39,925 nt of DNA. Origin: a virus. Its lineage: Duplodnaviria > Caudoviricetes. Every line of letters starts with the position of its first letter. Positions within the stretch are counted from its first letter, which is position 1. The DNA lies in the IMG/VR virus record IMGVR_UViG_3300044513_003828, positions 1 to 39,925 of that record; one strand, 5' to 3'. The notes under the pieces were generated by a model. The model searched no databases, was not told where the DNA came from, and was given only the letters and a program-made list of their open reading frames with translations. This document shows positions 20,990 to 31,033 of the stretch, one piece after another. The translations under genes and the position numbers were made by a program.

Positions 20990-21780
20990 TATGGGTTAAC
21001 ATATTCATAGAAATTTATTGGTGTTGATGTCCCCATTCTCGTACCACTCATGGTCTCAACTTTATAATCATAATTATCATAATCCAAGATTAGTTTGTAA
21101 TAAAACTTATCAGACTTTTGAAAATTGAAACGGTCACCGAAGTTAGACTGTGGTTCATTTGTCATCCTTATGAACTGACCTGTTTTGGCATTAAAGAACT
21201 TACATGACATGTAAAATTCATCAATATTAATGTAGTCTCTACTCTTTAACCAATAGACAAAAAACCCTTCCTTATCACCTACATAATCCAATTGGTATTT
21301 TGGTTTTCTAACATTAACATCAACACCGTTCAAGTTCTTTTCCATCATCTCACCTTGTTGTGTAGGTAAAATTATTGTCACATAGTTTTTTTGTGTCTCT
21401 GAATTTGCAGTATCGTATAGGTCTATCTTAAAGAAACTATTCTTAAAAGAATTAGAGTAATAATACATCTCACCAACAGTAAAACCTTCATCTTCATAAT
21501 CAGTAACCCAATCACTCGATGTTGCCCCACTAATATCTACCGTTGCAGATAAGAAATAAAATTGATAGTTTAAATCATATCTTTGAGTTGAACCCGACAA
21601 CCATAACTGATGGTCAAAACGAGTGACCTCAAAATCCTCAGGAGGATTGATAACTTGTTCAACTACCTCTTCCTCGAATACATCAATAGAGTCGTCTCTA
21701 CCCTCCATATCCCAAGTCATCTCGATTGGAATTTGAATCATTCTTTCGGTTCCGTTATTTGAAAATCTATACTTATTCAC
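20989..21780 (-). CDS. Hypothetical virion (baseplate region) protein, 263 aa
   Basis: GTG start overlaps the end of the 566-aa gene, and its stop overlaps the next ATG (TAATG). Aromatic-rich beta composition. Confidence 0.7.
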   Translation of the reverse strand: MNKYRFSNNGTERMIQIPIEMTWDMEGRDDSIDVFEEEVVEQVINPPEDFEVTRFDHQLWLSGSTQRYDLNYQFYFLSATVDISGATSSDWVTDYEDEGFTVGEMYYYSNSFKNSFFKIDLYDTANSETQKNYVTIILPTQQGEMMEKNLNGVDVNVRKPKYQLDYVGDKEGFFVYWLKSRDYINIDEFYMSCKFFNAKTGQFIRMTNEPQSNFGDRFNFQKSDKFYYKLILDYDNYDYKVETMSGTRMGTSTPINFYEYVNP

Positions 21781-23473
21781 AATCGTCTATTAATGGTTGG
21801 ATTATACCTGTAACTCTTTGGTTTAGGTTTCGTTGAGGCGTCATCTGCAAGAATGTAATTTCCTTGAATGGATAATGAGAGTTGTTTAGGAATGGATGGT
21901 CAACGCCATTATTCTCAGCATCTATAAACCCATATGGGTATAAGTCTCTCCATCTCCATAAACCGTCATAGTTAGAATAAAAAGAATAATCAGGAATATT
22001 ATCTACCTCACCTTCAACCGCAGTTTCTATGTAATCAGAATAGTCTCTAACTTGAATAGGGTAGTGTGGATAATACACATAACCTATCGGCATCTCCACA
22101 GAGTAACCTGTTTGAAAATATGTCGAGTTGTAATTGTATTTGTGAGTAAGAGGTGATAAAACTTCTTCTTTCATTTCATAATCATTCCACTCACAAAAAT
22201 CACCCATAATTTCATCACCAACACTCAAGTCTTTATTATAATAAAAAGTCTTATTATTTGATTGGTAAGAACCTACAGGAATATTATCTTTATTCCCTGA
22301 ATTAATCTGTGACCACCATGGGTCCATAGTAGACTGTAAGAAATTAAAATTCCACCCAATATTTAACGCAGTTGTATTGTTATTATATGGTTTGTTAAAC
22401 CAACCCATATAACCCTTGTTAATGATGGTTACAAATAACTCTGTTAGTGGTCTGTTTTGATTATCCTTATATTCATCAATATTGATGTCTTTCTCGAAAG
22501 TAAAACCATAACTTTGACTACCATTTCTAACAGAAACTCTTTGTACATTATTCGGTGTTAATGCAGAGTATTCGAGCTTTGAATCATTGTCAAATGGATT
22601 ATTTTCGAAACCCATCTTTGTTAGATTATAATCCTTAACATCTGTTAATATCTTATGTTTTCTAACATAATATTCTGATGTGGTTTCGTCAGGATTTGAC
22701 CTGTTAATGACCCTTTTTAATGTACCAGTTACACCATCACCAAATGTTGTCCCTGTATAACCTAAATTGAATATTGAAAATATCTTCTCCTCTGAACCAT
22801 AATATTCATCACCCAATTGATATACTTGGAAATAGTTTTCCCCATTATAATCAAAAGATAACTTAACAAATTCCCCGTCTTTTAGATTGTGTTTTGTCCC
22901 ACAATAAAAGGTGATTAATTGTTTACCATTGTATCTCGTATTTCTAATTACAAATGGGACACCATCACCGGCTTGAAATAATGTAGTAGCACTAAACTCT
23001 TCATTGTAATACGACATAGTCTGACCCGTAACATTAGTCGAAGCGTAACTCAAATAAGCGGTCCAATTATATGTGAACGCACTCTTACTAACAAAAGGAA
23101 CGTGACCCTCAACAGCCGACGTTCTAAAGAAGTTAAACTCATCAAACTGAGGATACCCTCTCCAAACACCAGTTTGAACAGATGTTATAGGATTTAAATA
23201 ATATAAATCATTCTTAAACGGAGTGTAATTAGTCGAACCTGAAATAACATTATTAAATATATTTGTTATCTTTCCCGTAATTCTAAATGTTGAACTCTTC
23301 TGTCTTTCTTGGTCAAATCTCTCCGCCAAATTAAGAATTACAGTCCTGTCACCATCAACCATAGTTCTTCTATCACCATTTAACCCAATAGATAATGTAA
23401 TGTCCTCAGTAGGAGCACCCTTATATCTATCCTCACTCGGTACTATCCTTATGTTGTTTGGTTCCTTACTCAC
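21773..23473 (-). CDS. Hypothetical virion (baseplate region) protein, 566 aa
   Basis: GTG start in a GTGA overlap with the 1715-aa stop. Long clean ORF in the structural operon. Confidence 0.7.
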   Translation of the reverse strand: MSKEPNNIRIVPSEDRYKGAPTEDITLSIGLNGDRRTMVDGDRTVILNLAERFDQERQKSSTFRITGKITNIFNNVISGSTNYTPFKNDLYYLNPITSVQTGVWRGYPQFDEFNFFRTSAVEGHVPFVSKSAFTYNWTAYLSYASTNVTGQTMSYYNEEFSATTLFQAGDGVPFVIRNTRYNGKQLITFYCGTKHNLKDGEFVKLSFDYNGENYFQVYQLGDEYYGSEEKIFSIFNLGYTGTTFGDGVTGTLKRVINRSNPDETTSEYYVRKHKILTDVKDYNLTKMGFENNPFDNDSKLEYSALTPNNVQRVSVRNGSQSYGFTFEKDINIDEYKDNQNRPLTELFVTIINKGYMGWFNKPYNNNTTALNIGWNFNFLQSTMDPWWSQINSGNKDNIPVGSYQSNNKTFYYNKDLSVGDEIMGDFCEWNDYEMKEEVLSPLTHKYNYNSTYFQTGYSVEMPIGYVYYPHYPIQVRDYSDYIETAVEGEVDNIPDYSFYSNYDGLWRWRDLYPYGFIDAENNGVDHPFLNNSHYPFKEITFLQMTPQRNLNQRVTGIIQPLIDDCE

Positions 23474-26400
23474 AATGTATCTTGATTTAATACAAATTTA
23501 TCAATGAACCTATTCATAGAACTACCACCTTTTCTTAACCCAAAGTAGAAGAAGTATGGTGAACCTAACATAAATTTATTAGGTCTACTTGTCATACTAA
23601 TTTTTGGTTGTATCTCGTTACCCACAATTTCAGAGTTATAAATGTAACCAGGTCTCTGTGTTGACGGTGAAGACTCATCTGAATTAAATTCAGGACCAGG
23701 TAACATCCTATCTATAGATTGGTAATTAATAGAACCAATACCATCCCCACCAGCACTTCTCTTAGTCACCCAATCATTAACATCAGTTCCAAAAATAGTT
23801 GTTGGACCACCATAAAGTCCCCATTTATAAAACGGAACCTCTTGGTCATTGTGTCCATAATAATCGTATAGGAAACTACCCTTAATATCTTGGAAGGTAA
23901 ATCTACCCGGTGTAATCATATCTCGGTTAACAGTATTCGCTTGGAAGAATACACCCAATGTTGGGTCTCCGTTAACCTCATAATATAACACATCATCATC
24001 AGTATAGTTAGAACCTAAATACGGAATAACACCATACTCAGAATTAATACTAATAAGTTGTGCTATATCACCATCTAATCTACTATTATCTCTTGAGAAT
24101 AAACGAGCAATTGATGCGTCACCTAATCCCAATATTTGATTCCAAAAACCTGAACTCGTCAATCTTGATATTGCAAATAATTGCATAATATCGGACGTGT
24201 CGTTGTATGATGAAGTTTTAACCGTATCCACAATATATCCTTGGAATTCAGGGTTATAACACAACTCTTTGATAAACTCATCTCTTGGTCCTAAATCCAT
24301 AATAGTAGTAGGATTACCTAAGAACTTTTTATTCGCAGCGTTACTTTGTCCTAAAATATTATCCTGAGGTTCGTTATCTCTACCAATAAACCCATTATTA
24401 TATGGTGTTGCTCTGTAGAAGAATGAATTGTTTTGAGTCTGATACACAATCGTATCTTCACAGTATTGATACTCAGGGTTCGTTAAGAACTTACTACTGT
24501 TAATATTATTACTATATATGTCGTCTTTTTGGAATGCAAACATATATAATGAACCATTAATCCAGTTGTTAACAAAACTCAAAGAAACCACATTATTACA
24601 AAGAGCATACATCATTCTAAATCTTGCCTTCCACTCAGCAATAGATTGGAAGTCTTCACCAATAGCGAAGTTCTTAGTAATTAGATAATAACAACCACCA
24701 TACATTTTCTTAACGGTCTTAGCATTATCAACGTAGTAACATCTATCATCGGATGGTTGGACACCAATTGAGTATCCTGAACCCTTATAACACTCCAACG
24801 GAACCATTTTCTCACATGAGAAAGTTTCATTAATCTGTGTAACAATTGCACCTGCATCTTCGTTAAAATCGTCACCTTCACCACCAAGACTTTCAACACC
24901 AGTATTAAAAGACGTTACCTCTCCACTATCTGCTATTGTATAAATGGCAAACCTTTTGTTTTGATGTAAAGAAAATCTTTTATATGTATTATCTGAAGTT
25001 GGTAACCTATCGGTTCTAATCACAATTTTTTGCGAATTTAACATATTCAAATCCAAATTCGGATTCCACATCTTATAGTACACAGGTGAAGCATATGACC
25101 AATCACCCTCTTCAGGATTTGTGGCATCCTTAGAAAGTATTAAACTACCACCTTCTACTACTTCATCATTAAGGTAACTAAACTTCCAATCATTTCGAGC
25201 CATTTGTGACCAACTTTCACTTCCATCCGGTGTTCTAACTGCCTGATTTTCTGATTTTACATTCTGATTATAGGTATTGTTACCAACGTTCATAGCTGAA
25301 TAATACTTGATGTTTTTATTCTTATAACTTTGGTACATACTATTATCTGGTGTGAACGTAAATGAATTGAAATAGATAGGTAATCCCGTTTCAGAACAAT
25401 TTTGTCCATTTGAGCTAATCTTATCGTGTCTTGGTATTCTCCAATCAGAGTTCACATTTGCATATGGTTGAATAGGGATATTCATTTTGAAATTACCCCT
25501 TACTTGTGGCCCAAAACCCATAGGGTATCCATATAATTTTGATAAATCATATTTGATATCTTGTCTTGGTGTGTGAGGGTCAACACCTCTAACTAAGAAT
25601 ACCACACATTGGTCACCCCAATTAGGATTTAATTTGATATTTGGAACCTCAGTTTCGAAATAGTCACCACTTGTTTTATTACTTGGATACTCGTCAGGGT
25701 CTGGAGAAGAACCTAAAGAATAATATTTTTTAACCTTTTGCCAACCAAAAATATATCTCTGACCGAGAGTATTATTAGGTACGCTATTATTTGTATATGA
25801 TGACAATCCCTTAGCAGAACTGTGTAATGAATTTTCAAATTCAGAAAGTGTCTGACCCGTAATTACTTGGAAATACTCAATATCAGTACCAAATTCATAG
25901 TTTACTGAACTTGCAGTGTTACCAGTGATTAAATATGTCTTTTGTGCAGAACCTAAGTTATTAGGGTCCATGTATGTGACCGTAACATTAGAAGTATTCT
26001 GATTTTGAAATACCGTTGTACCTGTTGTCGAGCCACTAACATTAGGGTCATTTGTATTGTCAGGGTCATTAAATGTAAGTATTGTTCCTGATTTGAGTGT
26101 ATTCAACTGACCAGGGTCTAACAACAACATAACCACATTGTCACTATGTTTCATGAAGTTATTTTGAATTGGATTGACATAAGTATCAATTCTATTATAT
26201 CCACCGAATTGATGATATTTAGCCTTAACGTTGAAAAGATTAAATCTCTCACTGAGTGTTAAGTCTCTTGACCAAATCTTAGCTTTTGCTTCAGCATTAT
26301 TACTACCACTCAACCAAGGAGTTAATGAATTTTGTTCATCACCATAGATATCGTTTCCGCTCATCACAGTCATAAAACCATTAGTAAACTTTTCCCAATT

Positions 26401-28617
26401 TGACACTTCATTATCATTATAACCTATCAAACCAGAATAGAATTCAGGTTCGTTAGCATTAATAAGAATAGTGGTATTACTCTGAACTTCGGTGACTTCA
26501 GTATTCTGACCCGCTTCTCTACCCTCACACGCACATGCCTGACATTCAGGATACGAAAGATTAGGTAATGGAATTGCAGATAACGGACACTTTTCATCTA
26601 ATGGTATAACATTAAGTGGTGGAATATCTTCTGTACGACTCCCAAATAATCTTCTAATAAAATTTATTATCCCGATGATTACATTAATAATCGGAACAAT
26701 AGTACGAATGATGAAATTTACTATTGCCCTTATTATTGGCCATAAAAAACAAATTACGTGAGCAATAACCGTCAACGATAAAAGTACTGGTGTGAAAATT
26801 GTCAGTAATAAATTGATAATTAAGAACAACAAGTTGAAGTTCCTAACACCATCATTGACAGGGAATTTATTAGTATCCCCTTCACAACCTCTATCTAACA
26901 CCTCTTTAATACCTAAGAACCTCGCACGACCATAACCTTTTCTATACTCATCAATCAATTGTGATGTAGTATACACCTTATTGTAATTCATCATATAGAA
27001 TGAATCCTCACATGCTATTGCCGCGTTCTTATCAGCATAGTCATTCCAATCTAAAGAAAACGCATATGACTTTTGGAATTGGATGTAATCATAGTCAAAC
27101 TTCTCAACCTCAATAGTTGTGTTATTACCAACGACCACATTACCATTTGTAGTTGTCTTTTTGGTAACTGTTATCGTTACATTACCACCCGATGGGAAAT
27201 CAATCCATTTTTGGGTTTGTAAAATATTATTTACATAAACTTCAATCTTTTCTGTATCACCATTTGGTTTAACATATATGGATTGATTAGAACCGATAGT
27301 AATAGTCTTAGACTCAATAACCTGACTACCGTCAAAGAAATCGACGTTAGTAATAATTGATGAACTCTTAGTTGAAGGGTCAACACCTGAAATTATGGTT
27401 GTACCAGTCCATCCATGTTCCCTGATTTGTGGAACAATAAAATTGGCTCTTTGAATCTCCCCTCTAATTGGGAATAACGCATCCTCATTGATTGCAGGAC
27501 CATTCTCCTCTGATTGGTATTTTACCTTAAATCTGTATTTACCCTTAGTCGGGACACCTATAGATGGGTCATTAGAGATTACTGTCTCACCATATTCGTT
27601 AGTGACAACATAATCTAAGTTCATTGGGACATCCACCACAAAGGTTCCGTTCTCATCAATAACCTTACCCCCGTTTTGTAATCTATATTGTTCCAATATT
27701 GGGTCACCATTTTCATCGATATCAATGGTCTGTCTAACGGCTAAAATTTCACCAGGTCCAGTAGATAAATTACATAAGTCACCTTGTTCTGTTCTCGGTT
27801 TACAATTTTTCTTGATTGGTCTGTTGTCATTATCAGAGAAAATTGAACCCATAAAGACCGACGTTGGTTGTATTTCAATACCCAAGTCCCTTAAATCAAA
27901 GTCCGTTCTTGTGATACCAATATTACATAGGTCTTCTTGACCCCAAAATGGTGTTACATCAATATCTTTAACACTATTAATAATCTGAGGTAAAGCATTA
28001 AGATTTTCAGAAGCTTTGAAGTTGGTTCCGTCAAACTGCTCGGCAACACCCATATTCATTCTTATCAAATCCTGAGGTCTCAAAGAGAAACAACCCATAT
28101 CTGATAAGTCTAAATCCATCATAATCTTTTGACTACCTAATGGAACACCAGTAATCATAAAGTCACCACTGTCATTGGTCTTTACAACATACTTGTAGTA
28201 TTTTTCATAGATTTCTAATACCTCATTCCTTGTTAAAACATCACCTCTCGATGGGAATGTTCCTGTCGGTGTGTGTCCACCATACTGTTTCTCATAAGGT
28301 AAAAGATTGTAACGATACCCATCTTCATTTTTATCGACAGGTGACGTGTATGGGTATAAGGCTGATATTACAGGGTCTTCTAAGTCCATCTCCTCAACAG
28401 GAACGAATATAGATATCTTCGCATTAGCAATACCGAAACCACTATTACCAACAACACGACCCACAACCACACCATAATCGGCACAGAATTGTGAGTAAAC
28501 ATCCTCTTGTCTTAATTTGAGAGATAAAATTTCGAGAAAATCAAAATCTTGTTCAATATTAACACGGATGTTTTGGTCGGTCCCTAATTTTGTTCTAATC
28601 CTATAAGACTTAGCCAT
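23470..28617 (-). CDS. Large baseplate-associated protein (1715 aa) with an N-terminal carboxypeptidase-regulatory/prealbumin-like fold and an internal hydrophobic segment
   Basis: GVVVGRVV..SGFGIANAKISI...KTNDSGDFMITGVP pattern, a ~65-aa hydrophobic stretch at aa ~594-657, then a CQACAC cluster. Directly downstream of the gp6-like gene. Confidence 0.65.
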   Translation of the reverse strand: MAKSYRIRTKLGTDQNIRVNIEQDFDFLEILSLKLRQEDVYSQFCADYGVVVGRVVGNSGFGIANAKISIFVPVEEMDLEDPVISALYPYTSPVDKNEDGYRYNLLPYEKQYGGHTPTGTFPSRGDVLTRNEVLEIYEKYYKYVVKTNDSGDFMITGVPLGSQKIMMDLDLSDMGCFSLRPQDLIRMNMGVAEQFDGTNFKASENLNALPQIINSVKDIDVTPFWGQEDLCNIGITRTDFDLRDLGIEIQPTSVFMGSIFSDNDNRPIKKNCKPRTEQGDLCNLSTGPGEILAVRQTIDIDENGDPILEQYRLQNGGKVIDENGTFVVDVPMNLDYVVTNEYGETVISNDPSIGVPTKGKYRFKVKYQSEENGPAINEDALFPIRGEIQRANFIVPQIREHGWTGTTIISGVDPSTKSSSIITNVDFFDGSQVIESKTITIGSNQSIYVKPNGDTEKIEVYVNNILQTQKWIDFPSGGNVTITVTKKTTTNGNVVVGNNTTIEVEKFDYDYIQFQKSYAFSLDWNDYADKNAAIACEDSFYMMNYNKVYTTSQLIDEYRKGYGRARFLGIKEVLDRGCEGDTNKFPVNDGVRNFNLLFLIINLLLTIFTPVLLSLTVIAHVICFLWPIIRAIVNFIIRTIVPIINVIIGIINFIRRLFGSRTEDIPPLNVIPLDEKCPLSAIPLPNLSYPECQACACEGREAGQNTEVTEVQSNTTILINANEPEFYSGLIGYNDNEVSNWEKFTNGFMTVMSGNDIYGDEQNSLTPWLSGSNNAEAKAKIWSRDLTLSERFNLFNVKAKYHQFGGYNRIDTYVNPIQNNFMKHSDNVVMLLLDPGQLNTLKSGTILTFNDPDNTNDPNVSGSTTGTTVFQNQNTSNVTVTYMDPNNLGSAQKTYLITGNTASSVNYEFGTDIEYFQVITGQTLSEFENSLHSSAKGLSSYTNNSVPNNTLGQRYIFGWQKVKKYYSLGSSPDPDEYPSNKTSGDYFETEVPNIKLNPNWGDQCVVFLVRGVDPHTPRQDIKYDLSKLYGYPMGFGPQVRGNFKMNIPIQPYANVNSDWRIPRHDKISSNGQNCSETGLPIYFNSFTFTPDNSMYQSYKNKNIKYYSAMNVGNNTYNQNVKSENQAVRTPDGSESWSQMARNDWKFSYLNDEVVEGGSLILSKDATNPEEGDWSYASPVYYKMWNPNLDLNMLNSQKIVIRTDRLPTSDNTYKRFSLHQNKRFAIYTIADSGEVTSFNTGVESLGGEGDDFNEDAGAIVTQINETFSCEKMVPLECYKGSGYSIGVQPSDDRCYYVDNAKTVKKMYGGCYYLITKNFAIGEDFQSIAEWKARFRMMYALCNNVVSLSFVNNWINGSLYMFAFQKDDIYSNNINSSKFLTNPEYQYCEDTIVYQTQNNSFFYRATPYNNGFIGRDNEPQDNILGQSNAANKKFLGNPTTIMDLGPRDEFIKELCYNPEFQGYIVDTVKTSSYNDTSDIMQLFAISRLTSSGFWNQILGLGDASIARLFSRDNSRLDGDIAQLISINSEYGVIPYLGSNYTDDDVLYYEVNGDPTLGVFFQANTVNRDMITPGRFTFQDIKGSFLYDYYGHNDQEVPFYKWGLYGGPTTIFGTDVNDWVTKRSAGGDGIGSINYQSIDRMLPGPEFNSDESSPSTQRPGYIYNSEIVGNEIQPKISMTSRPNKFMLGSPYFFYFGLRKGGSSMNRFIDKFVLNQDTL

Positions 28618-28630
28618 ATTGTAGTTTTTA

Positions 28631-28648
28631 GATAAATACTTATTTATC
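28631..28648. promoter_or_regulatory. Perfect inverted repeat GATAAATA-CT-TATTTATC containing the TATTTAT motif in both orientations
   Basis: Read directly at 28631-28638 and 28641-28648, 13 nt upstream of the 1715-aa start. Confidence 0.55.
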
Positions 28649-28657
28649 CATTTTACA

Positions 28658-28686
28658 ATAATAAACCCATAAGTCTTTCTTGTAAA
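28658..28686 (-). promoter_or_regulatory. Sigma70-like promoter TTTACA-N17-TATTAT
   Basis: -35 at 28686-28681, 17-nt spacer, -10 at 28663-28658. It has the same -10 hexamer and spacing as the site at 39051-39079. Confidence 0.45.
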
Positions 28687-28692
28687 TTATTA

Positions 28693-30531
28693 TTACTTAA
28701 AGTCGACCGTCTTTAAGTTCTTAACTCTCACCTTAATATCTTTTTCAGGAAACCTTACTTGATAGATTTGAGTTGGTTCAGCAAAGATTGTATCATCAAC
28801 TGGTAATATCTTTTTAGTCTCCGCATCTGAATATCTTTGAGATGTCTCAGATGATGAATATTGACCACCTGTCTTATTGAAGACTGATAAGTCAGAAACG
28901 GAAATAACACCTGCAACATCTTGTATTCTTCTTCTAATATCGGACAAGAATACATTTTGACCTAAGTCTCTATCCATCGGAGCCATGACCTGATTTACCT
29001 CATCAATAATTTTTGTAATCACCTGACCCTGATTTTGTGCCGAATCAATAGCTACTGAAATATCAAATTCTAAATCAATTACTTGAGCCACATTTACAGA
29101 TATATAATCATTTATCATCCTATACTTAGATAGATAGTTGGCTATGTTTTGTTTCAAGGTGTTCGAAACAGTCTGAGTTAAACTACCATTAGCATCAAAT
29201 GAAAGAACTTCAATATTAATCTTATTGTCCTTTTCTGTAATTGCAGTTTTAGCAGGTGCACCGTATTTTCCTGGCATTTTCTTAATCAACGCATTATAGT
29301 CATTTACGGTAACAGCCCTGTTCTGTGATGCAAAGTTAAAGGTCACCATATTTCTCATCTCTTCAATAGACGGCTGATTAGCACCTCCGATAGCGGCAGT
29401 AACATTGTTTACAAATAAAGAATTAACAACTTGTTGGTTAATAGAGTTACTTGGTCCCGTAACCGCAAAGTTAATAGTCCCCAATTGATTGATTACATTT
29501 ACACCTACATTTGATGCATCTCCACCACCAATTCTATATTTTACAAATAATGTGGTGTTTGGTGATACTGTCCTACCTAAACCAATATTGTTTTGATAGT
29601 CTTGTATTCTCAATGAAACCCCATTTCTTGCGAATTCGGCTAACTGGTCGTCAGGTGTTGTTGTTCCTCCACCAAACTGAACTTTCATGAAACCATTAGG
29701 CGTATATTCCGTAATAAACCTAAAATCCGTATCAATATACTTACCCACCTTGAGACCTGGATTATCGGATACTTTTGTTGAGTCCTCAACAAAAACCGTG
29801 CTTTCCGCTAACGCATCCATCTCATACCATCTAACCTGTGCATTTACAAACTCTGTATATGATGGTGTAGACTGGAATGATGTCCCATCTTTTTGAATGA
29901 TATCAACAACATTTAAAACATTTTTCTCAGGTAAGAAGAATTCAAAGAAAGGTCTTACATCATTGTTGTTTATTGTTTTCTTATAAACTTTAGTAATACC
30001 ATTAACGACAACCTCTCTCTTAGTAATAGTGTAATTAATAAGTGTATTATTAGAATCGAAGTTAGGAATTTTAGTTCTGTTAGGGTATCCTTCGTTATTG
30101 TATTGAGAAGAAAAATCAATGTCGTAAACATTCTCAAATACTTGACCCGCACCGATAACCTGAGACCCCGCTCTTAGGATACCTAAGTATCTCGTATCTT
30201 CTTGGTCACCAGCGGGTGGAACAGTTATGGAAAAATCAACCAAAGCAACAGAAGGTCTGTTACCTGGAATCTTTAAACCATAAGTCCTCGCAATATTAAA
30301 GATAGATGAACGTTGTTGTGCATACTGTAATACTGTTTCTTGGATACTTCTATCGATATGGTAATTTAAGTTATCACCAATGGCTGCGTTCAAATCCATT
30401 AATACCGAATAAACTGCGGCATCGTTGAAGTTGTCAATAAGTTCAGGATAATACTGTCTTGTATAATTTACGAGGTCCTGTCTTAACCCTTCGAAATCTC
30501 TTTCGGTATATGATATTTTTCTATTCGCCAT
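28693..30531 (-). CDS. Baseplate wedge subunit, T4 gp6 / baseplate J-like (612 aa)
   Basis: N-terminal ISYTERDFEGLRQDL..Y...YYP....FND, AQQRSSIFNIARTYG, KYRIGGG..SNV and QNRAVTVNDY motifs typical of gp6-like wedge proteins. It follows the gp25-like gene. Confidence 0.85.
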   Translation of the reverse strand: MANRKISYTERDFEGLRQDLVNYTRQYYPELIDNFNDAAVYSVLMDLNAAIGDNLNYHIDRSIQETVLQYAQQRSSIFNIARTYGLKIPGNRPSVALVDFSITVPPAGDQEDTRYLGILRAGSQVIGAGQVFENVYDIDFSSQYNNEGYPNRTKIPNFDSNNTLINYTITKREVVVNGITKVYKKTINNNDVRPFFEFFLPEKNVLNVVDIIQKDGTSFQSTPSYTEFVNAQVRWYEMDALAESTVFVEDSTKVSDNPGLKVGKYIDTDFRFITEYTPNGFMKVQFGGGTTTPDDQLAEFARNGVSLRIQDYQNNIGLGRTVSPNTTLFVKYRIGGGDASNVGVNVINQLGTINFAVTGPSNSINQQVVNSLFVNNVTAAIGGANQPSIEEMRNMVTFNFASQNRAVTVNDYNALIKKMPGKYGAPAKTAITEKDNKINIEVLSFDANGSLTQTVSNTLKQNIANYLSKYRMINDYISVNVAQVIDLEFDISVAIDSAQNQGQVITKIIDEVNQVMAPMDRDLGQNVFLSDIRRRIQDVAGVISVSDLSVFNKTGGQYSSSETSQRYSDAETKKILPVDDTIFAEPTQIYQVRFPEKDIKVRVKNLKTVDFK

Positions 30532-30537
30532 ATACTA

Positions 30538-31002
30538 TTAAATATTTATGATTACGAAATCTTTGGAATCAAAAGTTCCGTCATTTATTGAATAATCTAT
30601 TCTTAGTTTTGCAGTATACTCTTCAGTACCTCTACCAGGTATTCTATATATTCCACCGATACCTAATTTCTCCTGATTTAATTCCCCCTCAGCTTCTAAA
30701 TCTTCAAGGTATGGTGTCAATGTAATATTATTAACGGTTAAGTTAGGAATATACTTTTCTATTGAATTTTTTACATCTTCTTTAATAGCTTCGAAGCTTG
30801 TACCATCCATCGGTTCAAAAATAAACTCATAGATTCTTGTTCCGAAATCAGGTAAATAATACCTACTACCCTTTCGAGTTAAAATTAAATGAAGTAAGTC
30901 AGTTCTAATCTCTTCATCCGTTGTTTGTGAAAGAGAAAGATACTTACCTTCTTTACTATCCTGAAAAGGAAAATTAATACCGTATGTTTTACCGTTAGCC
31001 AT
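30538..31002 (-). CDS. Baseplate wedge subunit, gp25/GPW-like (154 aa)
   Basis: YGINFPF...EEIRTDLLHLILTRKGSRYYLPDFGTRIYEFIFEP is the gp25 family pattern (L.T..GER...P.FG..L....FEP). Confidence 0.9.
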   Translation of the reverse strand: MANGKTYGINFPFQDSKEGKYLSLSQTTDEEIRTDLLHLILTRKGSRYYLPDFGTRIYEFIFEPMDGTSFEAIKEDVKNSIEKYIPNLTVNNITLTPYLEDLEAEGELNQEKLGIGGIYRIPGRGTEEYTAKLRIDYSINDGTFDSKDFVIINI

Positions 31003-31007
31003 TACCT

Positions 31008-31014
31008 ATAAATA
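31008..31014 (-). promoter_or_regulatory. TATTTAT upstream motif at the head of the structural operon
   Basis: Coding strand AAGTATTTATAGGTA-ATG, lying between the nrdA terminator and the gp25-like start. Confidence 0.6.
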
Positions 31015-31033
31015 CTTTAACAATATAAATTAT

